From Candidatus Omnitrophota bacterium (GTDB lineage Bacteria; Omnitrophota; Gorgyraeia; Gygaellales; Profunditerraquicolaceae), in assembly GCA_041662125.1 (NCBI GenBank), contig JBAZTA010000003.1, positions 264,962 to 328,961 on the forward strand: 64,000 nt of DNA. The letters run 5' to 3'. Below the pieces are notes generated by a model. It was not told the origin of the DNA and did not search any database. It saw only the letters and a list, made by a program, of their open reading frames with translations. Position 1 is the stretch's first letter, and each line of letters begins with the position of its first letter. The position numbers were made by a program, and so were the translations under genes. Shown here piece after piece: positions 56,576 to 64,000 of the stretch.

Positions 56576-57574
56576 TTATTCCTTACTTAAGAAATGAAAC
56601 CAATCTTTGGTGGCTTCGTTAATGGATTCAGGCGTCCATACCGGCGCCCTTTTCCAATAATCAATATTTTTCAGTAAAATCGAGACGCCTTTTTCCAAAG
56701 AAACTTCAGGCGACCATTTAAGTTTTGCCCTGATCTTTGCAATATCAGCAAACGTGCAATCAGGTTCACCCGGCCTTTTGGGAATATACGTAACCGGCCC
56801 CGCTAAAAGCTCAACCAGCCGCTTGACGCTATAGGTATTGCCGCTGCCAACATTGAATATTTCATTCCTACAATCTGACTCTGCCGCAGCAAGAAACGCA
56901 GATGCAACGTCTCCGGCATACGTAAAATCACGGGTTTGCAAACCATCCCCTACCACCGTAAAAGGTTTACCCGCCAATTTCTGAGCGAGAAATACGCCAA
57001 AAACTGCTCCATAGGTTCCCGAAGTACGAGACCGCGGGCCATACACATTAAACAACCGTAACGATACAACCGGCAATTTATATACCTGGCCCCAATGCAA
57101 CGCAATCGACTCTCCTAAATATTTAGTAAGCGCGTAAGGATACTGCGGCCGGATATCCGCAGTCTCAGGGGTGGGAAACGTATCAGGGATGCCATAACAA
57201 GATGATGAAGCGGTATACACAAACTTTGTAAGCTTGGGGCAAACTTGCCGGACAACTTCCAGGACACTTATTGTCCCATCAACATTAGCACGGTGATACG
57301 TCAGCGGATTAACGATCGAAGGGACAATATCTGCCAAAGCAGCCAAATGGAACACACAAGAAACATCTTTAAAATACGGCTTTATTTTCTTCATATCGTT
57401 TACATCTGACTCTACCAGAGTCAGCGCCGGATTACCTTTCAAAAAGTCAAGGTTATCAGGCCTACCCGTTGAGAAATTATCAATGACGCAAACCCGGTAC
57501 CCTTTTTCCAGCAATACTTCAGTTACGTGGCTGCCGATAAACCCGGCGCCGCCGGTAACAACCGCATTTTTCAT
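56576..57574 (-). CDS. NAD-dependent epimerase/dehydratase (GalE/UXS-like extended SDR)
   Basis: 332 aa. 'AVVTGGAGFIGSHVTEVLL'. 'DNFSTGRPDNL'. 'YALTKYLGE'. Confidence 0.7.
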   Translation of the reverse strand: MKNAVVTGGAGFIGSHVTEVLLEKGYRVCVIDNFSTGRPDNLDFLKGNPALTLVESDVNDMKKIKPYFKDVSCVFHLAALADIVPSIVNPLTYHRANVDGTISVLEVVRQVCPKLTKFVYTASSSCYGIPDTFPTPETADIRPQYPYALTKYLGESIALHWGQVYKLPVVSLRLFNVYGPRSRTSGTYGAVFGVFLAQKLAGKPFTVVGDGLQTRDFTYAGDVASAFLAAAESDCRNEIFNVGSGNTYSVKRLVELLAGPVTYIPKRPGEPDCTFADIAKIRAKLKWSPEVSLEKGVSILLKNIDYWKRAPVWTPESINEATKDWFHFLSKE

Positions 57575-58821
57575 ACTTTCTCCAGCACTTCTTTTGAATG
57601 AATTTTTAATTGAGGAATAGCGGTCACAAATTCACCTCCCCATTCCCGGATAAACGACATTTGTTCCATGATCTCTTCTTTAATGTTCCAGGGCAAGATC
57701 AAGACATAATCAGGCTTGGTTTCTTTTATTTTCTCCGGATTTTCAATAGGGATATGGCTTCCGGGGAGAAAACTCCCTTGTTTATGCGGATTTTTATCTA
57801 CCGTATAGGGAATATCAGCCGTACCTATACCGCAATAATTTAAAAATGTGTTTCCTTTCGCAGGGGCACCGTATCCAACAATAGTCTTTCGCTGGCGTTT
57901 AAGACCGGCGAGAAAATCAATGGTGTCTTGTTTAATCCTTTGCACGTTATTTTGGAATGCTCTATACGCATGAATACTGCCAAAACCGCCAGCCAATTCT
58001 TTAGCCTTGAGAGCAGATACCCTGTTTGAAACTCCTTTTTCCTGATCAGAGGAATGGCGAGCATAGATCCGTAACGACCCTCCATGAGTCGGCAGCTCTT
58101 CGACGTCAAATATCGTTAGCGCCTGTCGCGTAAATATTTTTTCTACGGTAATAAAAGAAAGGTAGGAAAAATGCTCATGATAAATAGTATCAAATTGATT
58201 ACCCTGGACCAGCTGCATCAAATGTGGGAATTCCATCGTAATAACTCCCGCCGGCTTTAAAAGGATCTTCAGGCCTTTGACGAAATCATTGATATCCGGG
58301 ACATGCGCCAGGACATTATTGCCTACCAGCAGGTCGGCAGCAAACCCTTCCTCTTTTAACCGTTTGGCAGTGGCTTCGCTAAAAAAAATCACTTGCGTAG
58401 GAACGCCGCTGCGATTAGCAACTAAAGCGACATTAGCCGCCGGTTCGATCCCCAGGACAGGGATCCCCTTATCGATAAAATTCTTCAACAGGCAACCATC
58501 ATTGCTGGCTATTTCAACAACTCGCGAGGTCCCGGAAAGAGAAAACATGCTCGCCATTTGATCAGCGTAAGCTTTTGTGTGTTTAAGCCAGGTATCTGAA
58601 TAAGAAGAAAAATAAGCATAATCGCTGAAGATCTTCTCCGGGCTTTCATATTCAGGAAGCTGCACCAGGAAACAATCCCCGCAGACATAAACATCCAACG
58701 GGAAACGAAGCTCTTTACGCTGCACATCTTGCTTACGCAAAAAGGCATTTGATAACGCAGACTCCCCCAGAGAGACAAAAAGAGTTTCTAATCTGCTGCT
58801 ACAAAACCTGCACTGCATCAA
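57571..58821 (-). CDS. NDP-hexose C-methyltransferase (TylC3-type), second copy
   Basis: 416 aa. 'CRFCSSRLETLFVSLGESALSNAF' N-terminal zinc-ribbon/substrate region of the C-methyltransferase family. Confidence 0.65.
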   Translation of the reverse strand: MMQCRFCSSRLETLFVSLGESALSNAFLRKQDVQRKELRFPLDVYVCGDCFLVQLPEYESPEKIFSDYAYFSSYSDTWLKHTKAYADQMASMFSLSGTSRVVEIASNDGCLLKNFIDKGIPVLGIEPAANVALVANRSGVPTQVIFFSEATAKRLKEEGFAADLLVGNNVLAHVPDINDFVKGLKILLKPAGVITMEFPHLMQLVQGNQFDTIYHEHFSYLSFITVEKIFTRQALTIFDVEELPTHGGSLRIYARHSSDQEKGVSNRVSALKAKELAGGFGSIHAYRAFQNNVQRIKQDTIDFLAGLKRQRKTIVGYGAPAKGNTFLNYCGIGTADIPYTVDKNPHKQGSFLPGSHIPIENPEKIKETKPDYVLILPWNIKEEIMEQMSFIREWGGEFVTAIPQLKIHSKEVLEKV

Positions 58822-58836
58822 TATATAAAGTAGGAT

Positions 58837-59610
58837 TTATTTCCATATTTTCCAAGGCGCCTCATCAGATCTCCAGAGCCTATCTAACTCAACCTTGTCG
58901 CGCAACGTATCCATGCATTTCCAAAACCCGCCGTGCTTGTAAGCGTTAAGTTGTTTACGCGTCGATAATTGTTCCAAAGACTCTTTCTCCCAAATACTCT
59001 CATCATTCTTGATATAATCAAATACTCCCGGTTCCAATACAAAAAACCCGCCATTAACCCAGTCACCATCTCCTTGGGGCTTTTCCCGAAACGAAAGGAC
59101 ATTATGCTTATCATCTAAAGCCAGCGCTCCAAAACGGGCATACGGTTTGACCGCGGTAACGGTCGCGAGTTTTCCTTTCTTTTTATGAAACTCCACAAGT
59201 TTCTTTATGTTAACGTTGCTGACGCCGTCGCCGTAAGTCAACATGAACGTATTATCCGCGATGTAATTTTTGATACGTTTGATCCTGCCTCCTGTCATCG
59301 TATTTAAGCCCGTATCAATCAGCGTAACTTTCCATGGCTCTGCTTTTGACCCCAAAACTTTAATTTTATTCTTCTCTAAATCAATGGTCACATCGCTGGA
59401 ATGTAAAAAGATATTCGCGAAATATTCTTTGATCATAAACCCCTTATATCCAAGGCATATAATAAAATCGTTAAAACCATAACTTGAAAAAATCTTCATA
59501 ATGTGCCACAGGATCGGCTTCTCTCCAATTTCTACCATTGGCTTGGGCTTTAAATCGGTTTCTTCGCTTAAACGAGACCCGATCCCACCAGCTAAAATAA
59601 CCACTTTCAT
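58837..59610 (-). CDS. rfbF: Glucose-1-phosphate cytidylyltransferase
   Basis: 257 aa. 'VVILAGGIGSRLSEETDLKPKPMVEIGEKPILWHIM' is highly characteristic of the RfbF/DdhA family. Confidence 0.8.
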   Translation of the reverse strand: MKVVILAGGIGSRLSEETDLKPKPMVEIGEKPILWHIMKIFSSYGFNDFIICLGYKGFMIKEYFANIFLHSSDVTIDLEKNKIKVLGSKAEPWKVTLIDTGLNTMTGGRIKRIKNYIADNTFMLTYGDGVSNVNIKKLVEFHKKKGKLATVTAVKPYARFGALALDDKHNVLSFREKPQGDGDWVNGGFFVLEPGVFDYIKNDESIWEKESLEQLSTRKQLNAYKHGGFWKCMDTLRDKVELDRLWRSDEAPWKIWK

Positions 59611-59770
59611 TCTTATGCTCCTTTTAAGATCACAACCTTCTGCACCTCAAAAGATTACAACAAAATTCTCTCCACCGCTTTATATGCTTATTAAATGCAG
59701 CTTAATTTATGCAAGAAAATATCCCTTTTTTTGTTTAGAAACTAACGAGTTTCGAGACAAATATCGTTAT

Positions 59771-59798
59771 ATTATACCGCTCCAAGCAAACAAATCAA
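59771..59798 (-). promoter_or_regulatory. Candidate sigma70-type promoter TTGATT-N16-TATAAT (minus strand) upstream of rfbF
   Basis: Reverse complement of the gap reads 'cTTGATTtgtttgcttggagcggTATAATataac'. Located about 160 nt upstream of the rfbF start. A GAAACT-aacg-AGTTTC hairpin lies in the leader. Confidence 0.35.
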
Positions 59799-59811
59799 GC
59801 TTTTTAGATAT

Positions 59812-59970
59812 TTAGAACAAAGTATAAATAAACGGGGCAACGCTAGAAGACTCAAAGAAAATAATGAGGAATCCAAGCAATAACAACATGATAACAATAG
59901 GGGTAAGCCACCAGCGTTTCCTTACTTTTAAGAAATCCCACAATTCTTTAACTAACGCTATCTTTCCCAT
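59812..59970 (-). CDS. Small single-TM protein, SxtK/DUF5989-like (conserved carbamoyltransferase-associated ORF; absent from the ORF track)
   Basis: Hand-translated 52 aa: MGKIALVKELWDFLKVRKRWWLTPIVIMLLLLGFLIIFFESSSVAPFIYTLF. Conserved '...WxFLKxRKxWWLxPI...APFIYTLF' pattern. Confidence 0.6.
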   Translation of the reverse strand: MGKIALVKELWDFLKVRKRWWLTPIVIMLLLLGFLIIFFESSSVAPFIYTLF

Positions 59971-59981
59971 AAAAACTCCTT

Positions 59982-60383
59982 TTAATACTGTTTTTCAAAA
60001 TTTCCCTCTTCCCCATTTTCAGGATTACTCACCCAGTATGAAGATCCCGGTTTGGCTGTCTTTACATCCAGAAACTCTTTGCGCAGTGCCTTCATCACAA
60101 AACTAAGAGGAAACAATATACCATAAAAAATGCCAAAAAGTATGATCCGAATATTAAGCCAGCTAAGAACAGTACCAATCTTGACTGCCAGGAAATAATC
60201 AAAACGCATGTATCGGGGCAAGAAAACCGCGCAAATCAAAACAACAAGAGCGCAAACATTAAAACAAAAAGACAAAAGCATATTTCCTTGCAGAAATTTA
60301 AGTATACCCCACAATAACAGTAAAACGGCCGTTGATAGACCAAATCTCTTTACTTTAGAAAGTTCAATCCGGTTCAAATTCAT
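59982..60383 (-). CDS. SxtJ-like small membrane protein (carbamoyltransferase-associated)
   Basis: 133 aa, 3-4 TM segments. 'KRFGLSTAVLLLLWGIL'. Overlaps the carbamoyltransferase stop by 20 nt. Sits between the carbamoyltransferase and the SxtK-like ORF. Confidence 0.5.
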   Translation of the reverse strand: MNLNRIELSKVKRFGLSTAVLLLLWGILKFLQGNMLLSFCFNVCALVVLICAVFLPRYMRFDYFLAVKIGTVLSWLNIRIILFGIFYGILFPLSFVMKALRKEFLDVKTAKPGSSYWVSNPENGEEGNFEKQY

Positions 60384-62193
60384 TACTCTTTCCTCTCTTA
60401 TTCAAAGGTTTTTGCTGTTGAGCCTTATCTACCAGAAAACTACCCATCATAAGATAATCCATATCAGTGCGCATAAAACACTCATAGGCTTCTTGAGGTG
60501 AACAAACAATTGGCTCTCCCCGCACATTAAATGAAGTATTGATCACCATAGGGCAAGCCGTCAAAGAATAAAACTCGTTAATCAGATCGTAAAACAACCA
60601 ATTAGATTCTAACGTGACAGTTTGCAGGCGCGCCGAATAATCGACGTGAGTAACCGCCGGGATCTCTGATCTTTTAATCTTCAACTTATTTATTCCCGAG
60701 AGCCTGTTTTGCTCTTCACGGATAGGAAGGCGCAATCTTTCCTTAAGAGGGACCGTCATAAGCATATAGGGGCTATCGCCGTCAAAATCAAAGTAGTCCC
60801 TCGCTTTATCAGCTAATACCGCCGGCGCGAAAGGACGAAACGATTCCCTGAATTTGATCTTAACGTTAAGCATTGACTGCATGGTAAGGCTGCGAGGATC
60901 CGCTACAATAGACCGGTTGCCTAAAGCGCGCGGGCCAAATTCCATTCGCCCCTGAAACCAACCCAAAACTTTTTGCTCGGCAATGATCCGGGCAGCTACC
61001 TTTGCTTGCTGCACCCTTTCTATAGCCTCATAAACAACCCCCTGTTCTTTGAGGAAAACCTCGATCTTGGCATTACTGAACTCAGGCCCCAGTAACGACG
61101 AACGCATCGCGTCATGGACGCCATCAGCAAGCCTTTCTTTTCTTAAATACCCATACCATGCCGCAAACGCTGCCCCCAGAGCGCCTCCTGCGTCTGTCGC
61201 AGCAGGCTGCACCCATATTTTCTTAAAAGGGCCGTCTTTGGCGATCAAACCGTTAGCCACGCAATTTAAGGCGACACCTCCTGCCAGGCACAAATATTTC
61301 TGGCCTGTTTGTCTATAGACATGCCGCGCGATTTTAAGCATTATTTCTTCAGTCACGGCCTGTATTGAACGGGCAATATCCATATGGCGCTGTTCCAGAA
61401 CGTCTTTATCCGGCCTGCGGGGTTTTCCGCCGAATAAAACGTGGAATTTATTATTGGTCATGGTTAAACCAACACAATAATTAAAATATTTCATATTTAA
61501 CTGAAACGAGCCATCTTCTTTTATATCCACCAATTCTTTTTTAATTACGTCAACATAGGCTGGTTCTCCGTAAGGCGCTAACCCCATAAGCTTATATTCG
61601 CCGGAATTCACGCGAAACCCGACATAGTAAGTAAATGCTGAATAAAGCAGCCCTAACGAATGAGGGAATTTGATCTGTTCAACAAGCGATATACGATTCC
61701 CTTTTCCAATTCCAAAACTGGCAGTCACCCATTCACCCACCCCATCCATAGTTAAAATCGCTGCTTCCTCGAATGGGCTGGGATAAAAGGCGCTTGCCGC
61801 GTGAGATTCATGGTGGCCGTTAAACAATATCCGGGGATGGTGTGAAACTTTTTCTTCAATGAGGCTTTTTATGAATAGTTTTTGCTTAGCCCATACGGGC
61901 ATCGATTTTGAAAAAGAAAGAAAACCGCGGGGGGCATACTGAAAATACGTCGCAAGAAGCCTTTCAAATTTTATAAAAGGCTTTTCGTAAAAACTAATAT
62001 AGTTTATTTCTTGGGGACTGATACCTACTTCACGCAGGCAATAGGAGATCGCCTGTTCAGGAAAATCCGCGTCATGCTTTTTACGGGTAAACCGCTCTTC
62101 CTGGGCTGCGGCAATGATCACACCGTTTTTCAAGAGGGCGGCGGCAGAATCATGATAAAAGGCAGATATTCCCAGGATATAAATATCGCGCAT
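60364..62193 (-). CDS. O-carbamoyltransferase, NodU/CmcH family
   Basis: 'ILGISAFYHDSAAALLKNGVIIAAAQEERFTRKKHD' is the canonical N-terminus of the NodU/CmcH/TobZ family. About 609 aa. Start trimmed to 'MRDIYILG'. Confidence 0.8.
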   Translation of the reverse strand: MRDIYILGISAFYHDSAAALLKNGVIIAAAQEERFTRKKHDADFPEQAISYCLREVGISPQEINYISFYEKPFIKFERLLATYFQYAPRGFLSFSKSMPVWAKQKLFIKSLIEEKVSHHPRILFNGHHESHAASAFYPSPFEEAAILTMDGVGEWVTASFGIGKGNRISLVEQIKFPHSLGLLYSAFTYYVGFRVNSGEYKLMGLAPYGEPAYVDVIKKELVDIKEDGSFQLNMKYFNYCVGLTMTNNKFHVLFGGKPRRPDKDVLEQRHMDIARSIQAVTEEIMLKIARHVYRQTGQKYLCLAGGVALNCVANGLIAKDGPFKKIWVQPAATDAGGALGAAFAAWYGYLRKERLADGVHDAMRSSLLGPEFSNAKIEVFLKEQGVVYEAIERVQQAKVAARIIAEQKVLGWFQGRMEFGPRALGNRSIVADPRSLTMQSMLNVKIKFRESFRPFAPAVLADKARDYFDFDGDSPYMLMTVPLKERLRLPIREEQNRLSGINKLKIKRSEIPAVTHVDYSARLQTVTLESNWLFYDLINEFYSLTACPMVINTSFNVRGEPIVCSPQEAYECFMRTDMDYLMMGSFLVDKAQQQKPLNKRGKSNEFEPD

Positions 62194-62198
62194 AAGTT

Positions 62199-63296
62199 TT
62201 ACTTCTTTCGTTTCATACGCTCTTTCCAAGCGGCATAGATCTCTCGCACGGAATCTTCAAGGGTATAGGTATGCTTCCATGCAGGATACTGTTCTTTAAA
62301 CTTGGAAACATCACTGATCCACCAAATATGGTCACCTTGACGAGGTACAGCGGCATAGTGGCAGCTCATTTTATCCCCCGAAACCTTTTCGCAAAGCGCA
62401 CGTGCCTCCCGGATTGAAACATGAGCAAAGCGCCCGCCTCCGATGTTATAAACTTCGCCCTGCCGCGGTTTTTTATAAAACTGATAAAAGGCAGAAACCA
62501 GATCGTAGGCGTGTATAGTATCACGGACCTGTTTACCTTGGTAACCGTTGATCACGTAGGTGCGTTTTGAAATACAGCATTGAACCATATATGACAAAAA
62601 CCCATGCATTTTGACTCCGGACTGAGCAGGGCCACTCACACATCCAAGCCTAAAAACGCCTGTTTTAAGGCCGAAATATTTTCCATATTCCTGAGTCATC
62701 ATATCAGCTGAAAGCTTAGATACTCCCATTAAACTATGCATACATTGATCAACGGGCATTGTTTCATTAATGCCTTTATAATAGGCATGCCTTTTCGACA
62801 GGTCATAACGACTCTCTGATTCTTCAAAAGGCAGATCATTTGGCCTGTCGCCATAAACTTTATTGGTAGAAGTAAGGATAAATACTGCGCGGGGACAATG
62901 TCGCCTCAGCGCCTCTAGTATACCTACTGTCGAACGGGCATTAATATCAAAATCAACCAGCGGCGCTGATGCAGCCCAATCATGAGACGGTTGAGCTGCC
63001 GTGTGAACGACTAATTGTATAGAACTTTTATACTTCTTAAAAAGTGAATTGATCTTATTTTGGTCGCGGATATCAAACCAAGCCTGGCGGTACCGGGGAA
63101 GATCCTTCACAAGCATATCGCGGGTTTTGAGTATACTGCCGCCCTTGCCAAAAAAGGTTTGACGCATGTTATTATCGATCCCAATTACATCAAAGCCTTT
63201 TTCACAAAAAAAACGGGCTGTCTGGGAACCGATGAGCCCGCAAGAGCCAGTAACTATTACGATTGGCACGATTTCAAGTCTCCAGTCTCTGAGCAA
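62199..63296 (-). CDS. CDP-paratose/tyvelose 2-epimerase-family (RfbE-like) extended SDR
   Basis: 365 aa. 'STNKVYGD' and 'NGYQGKQVRDTIHAYDLV...YNIGGG' match RfbE signature stretches. Confidence 0.65.
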   Translation of the reverse strand: MLRDWRLEIVPIVIVTGSCGLIGSQTARFFCEKGFDVIGIDNNMRQTFFGKGGSILKTRDMLVKDLPRYRQAWFDIRDQNKINSLFKKYKSSIQLVVHTAAQPSHDWAASAPLVDFDINARSTVGILEALRRHCPRAVFILTSTNKVYGDRPNDLPFEESESRYDLSKRHAYYKGINETMPVDQCMHSLMGVSKLSADMMTQEYGKYFGLKTGVFRLGCVSGPAQSGVKMHGFLSYMVQCCISKRTYVINGYQGKQVRDTIHAYDLVSAFYQFYKKPRQGEVYNIGGGRFAHVSIREARALCEKVSGDKMSCHYAAVPRQGDHIWWISDVSKFKEQYPAWKHTYTLEDSVREIYAAWKERMKRKK

Positions 63297-63306
63297 ACCT
63301 GAAAAT

Positions 63307-64000
63307 TTAACGGTTCTTGTAAAAAGCTGAAATATCTTCGCGTTTACTCGATAACCACTCTTGATGCTTGCGGCACCAGATGATAGTCGAACGTAATCCG
63401 GCAGGCAAATTAACCCTGGCTTTCCAGGCGATCTGGCGTTTCAGTTTCGATGAATCAAGGCGATAACGTATATCGTGGCCAGGCCTGTCTTTGACAAATT
63501 CTATCCTGCTCTGAGGAAGCGTTAAAATCGATAAGATCATTTTTGCTACTTCAATATTTTGTTTTTCGATACCGCTTCCCAGATTATAAACTTCGCCAAC
63601 GGTACCTTTCTTCATAATAGTAAGGATACCCAAAGCGCAATCTTCAACATAAAGCCATTCACGGACGTTTTTACCGTCCGCGTAAAGCGGCATTTTCTCA
63701 TTATGGAATAATTTCATGACCGAAAGGGGGATAAATTTCTCCGGATACTGCCAGGGCCCATAATTATTGCTGGGCCGAATGATGATCGCAGGAAAACGAT
63801 AGGTGCGCACATATGATTTTATCAGCAGGTCGGCAGCTGCCTTGGAAGCCGCATAGGGGCTGCTCGGATTAAGGGGGTCATTTTCAACAAATTTACCGCG
63901 CGCAATATCGCCATAGACCTCATCAGTTGAAATATGCACAAAACGTTTTACCCCAAACATGCGGGAAACAGCCAAAAGGACTTCTGTCCCGAGAATATTT
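63307..64000 (-). CDS. rmlB: dTDP-glucose 4,6-dehydratase (partial; N-terminus beyond window edge)
   Basis: 'HISTDEVYGD', 'SPYAASKAAADLL', 'SNNYGPWQYPEKFIP' RmlB motifs. The reading frame stays open to position 64000 ('NILGTEVLLAVSRMFG...'), so the gene is 5'-truncated. Confidence 0.8.
   Translation of the reverse strand, partial: NILGTEVLLAVSRMFGVKRFVHISTDEVYGDIARGKFVENDPLNPSSPYAASKAAADLLIKSYVRTYRFPAIIIRPSNNYGPWQYPEKFIPLSVMKLFHNEKMPLYADGKNVREWLYVEDCALGILTIMKKGTVGEVYNLGSGIEKQNIEVAKMILSILTLPQSRIEFVKDRPGHDIRYRLDSSKLKRQIAWKARVNLPAGLRSTIIWCRKHQEWLSSKREDISAFYKNR

Noticed and set aside
59731-59746. GAAACT-aacg-AGTTTC inverted repeat considered as a Rho-independent terminator between the carbamoyltransferase unit and rfbF
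   Set aside because: The stem is only 6 bp and AT-rich. On the transcribed (minus) strand it is followed by an A-rich rather than U-rich tract, so it does not fit an intrinsic terminator. Retained only as a possible leader structure.
1-64000. Possibility that the region is a mobile island, phage or giant-virus glycosylation cassette
   Set aside because: No integrase, transposase, tRNA attachment site, direct-repeat boundaries or capsid/terminase-like ORFs were seen. The architecture (SD sequences, ATGA couplings, sigma70-like promoters) is typical of a chromosomal bacterial operon.
1-64000. CRISPR arrays, tRNA/rRNA genes, tandem repeats
   Set aside because: No spacer-repeat periodicity, no cloverleaf-compatible conserved tRNA motifs and no long tandem repeats were detected by eye. 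The non-coding fraction is too small (about 5%) to host such elements.

Overview
This 64-kb window is about 95% coding. Roughly 61 ORFs all lie on the minus strand, with at least 10 ATGA-type 4-nt start/stop overlaps, and together they form one giant nucleotide-sugar / glycan-tailoring supercluster.

Modules recognised from sequence motifs:
(i) A pseudaminic-acid-type nonulosonate pathway with PseB, PseC, PseG, PseI and a PseF-like cytidylyltransferase. The PseH GNAT acetyltransferase is absent. In its place are two formyltransferase-family proteins, a WbqC-family protein, a PIG-L de-N-acetylase, a class-III aminotransferase and an aldo/keto reductase.
(ii) Two heptose-activation routes. One is GmhA + HddA-type GHMP kinase + a fused HddC-GmhB. 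The other is an HldE-like kinase/nucleotidyltransferase with inverted domain order. An RmlC-like epimerase and SDR reductases accompany them.
(iii) CDP-hexose genes (RfbF, RfbG, an RfbE-like epimerase) and a partial dTDP-glucose 4,6-dehydratase truncated at the right edge.
(iv) An unusual density of tailoring chemistry:
- two tandem radical-SAM/SPASM paralogs
- two B12-binding radical SAM enzymes
- two TylC3-type C-methyltransferases
- two analogous SDR-E1alpha-E1beta-SDR thiamin-diphosphate modules plus a YerE/acetolactate-synthase-like enzyme, which points to two-carbon branched-chain sugars
- at least 9 class-I SAM methyltransferases
- an O-carbamoyltransferase followed by SxtJ/SxtK-like small membrane proteins, one of which is a 52-aa ORF missing from the ORF track
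- two Wzx-like flippase domains, one fused to a soluble transferase-like domain.

Only 3-5 candidate glycosyltransferases are present. No initiating phosphoglycosyltransferase, Wzy/Wzz, export machinery, rRNA/tRNA, CRISPR or mobile element was seen. The only sizeable intergenic gaps hold three candidate promoter/operator sites, one of which is a near-consensus sigma70 promoter.

Start codons are inferred. The ORF track appears to extend ORFs to the longest GTG/TTG/ATG, so several starts were trimmed to avoid long overlaps.
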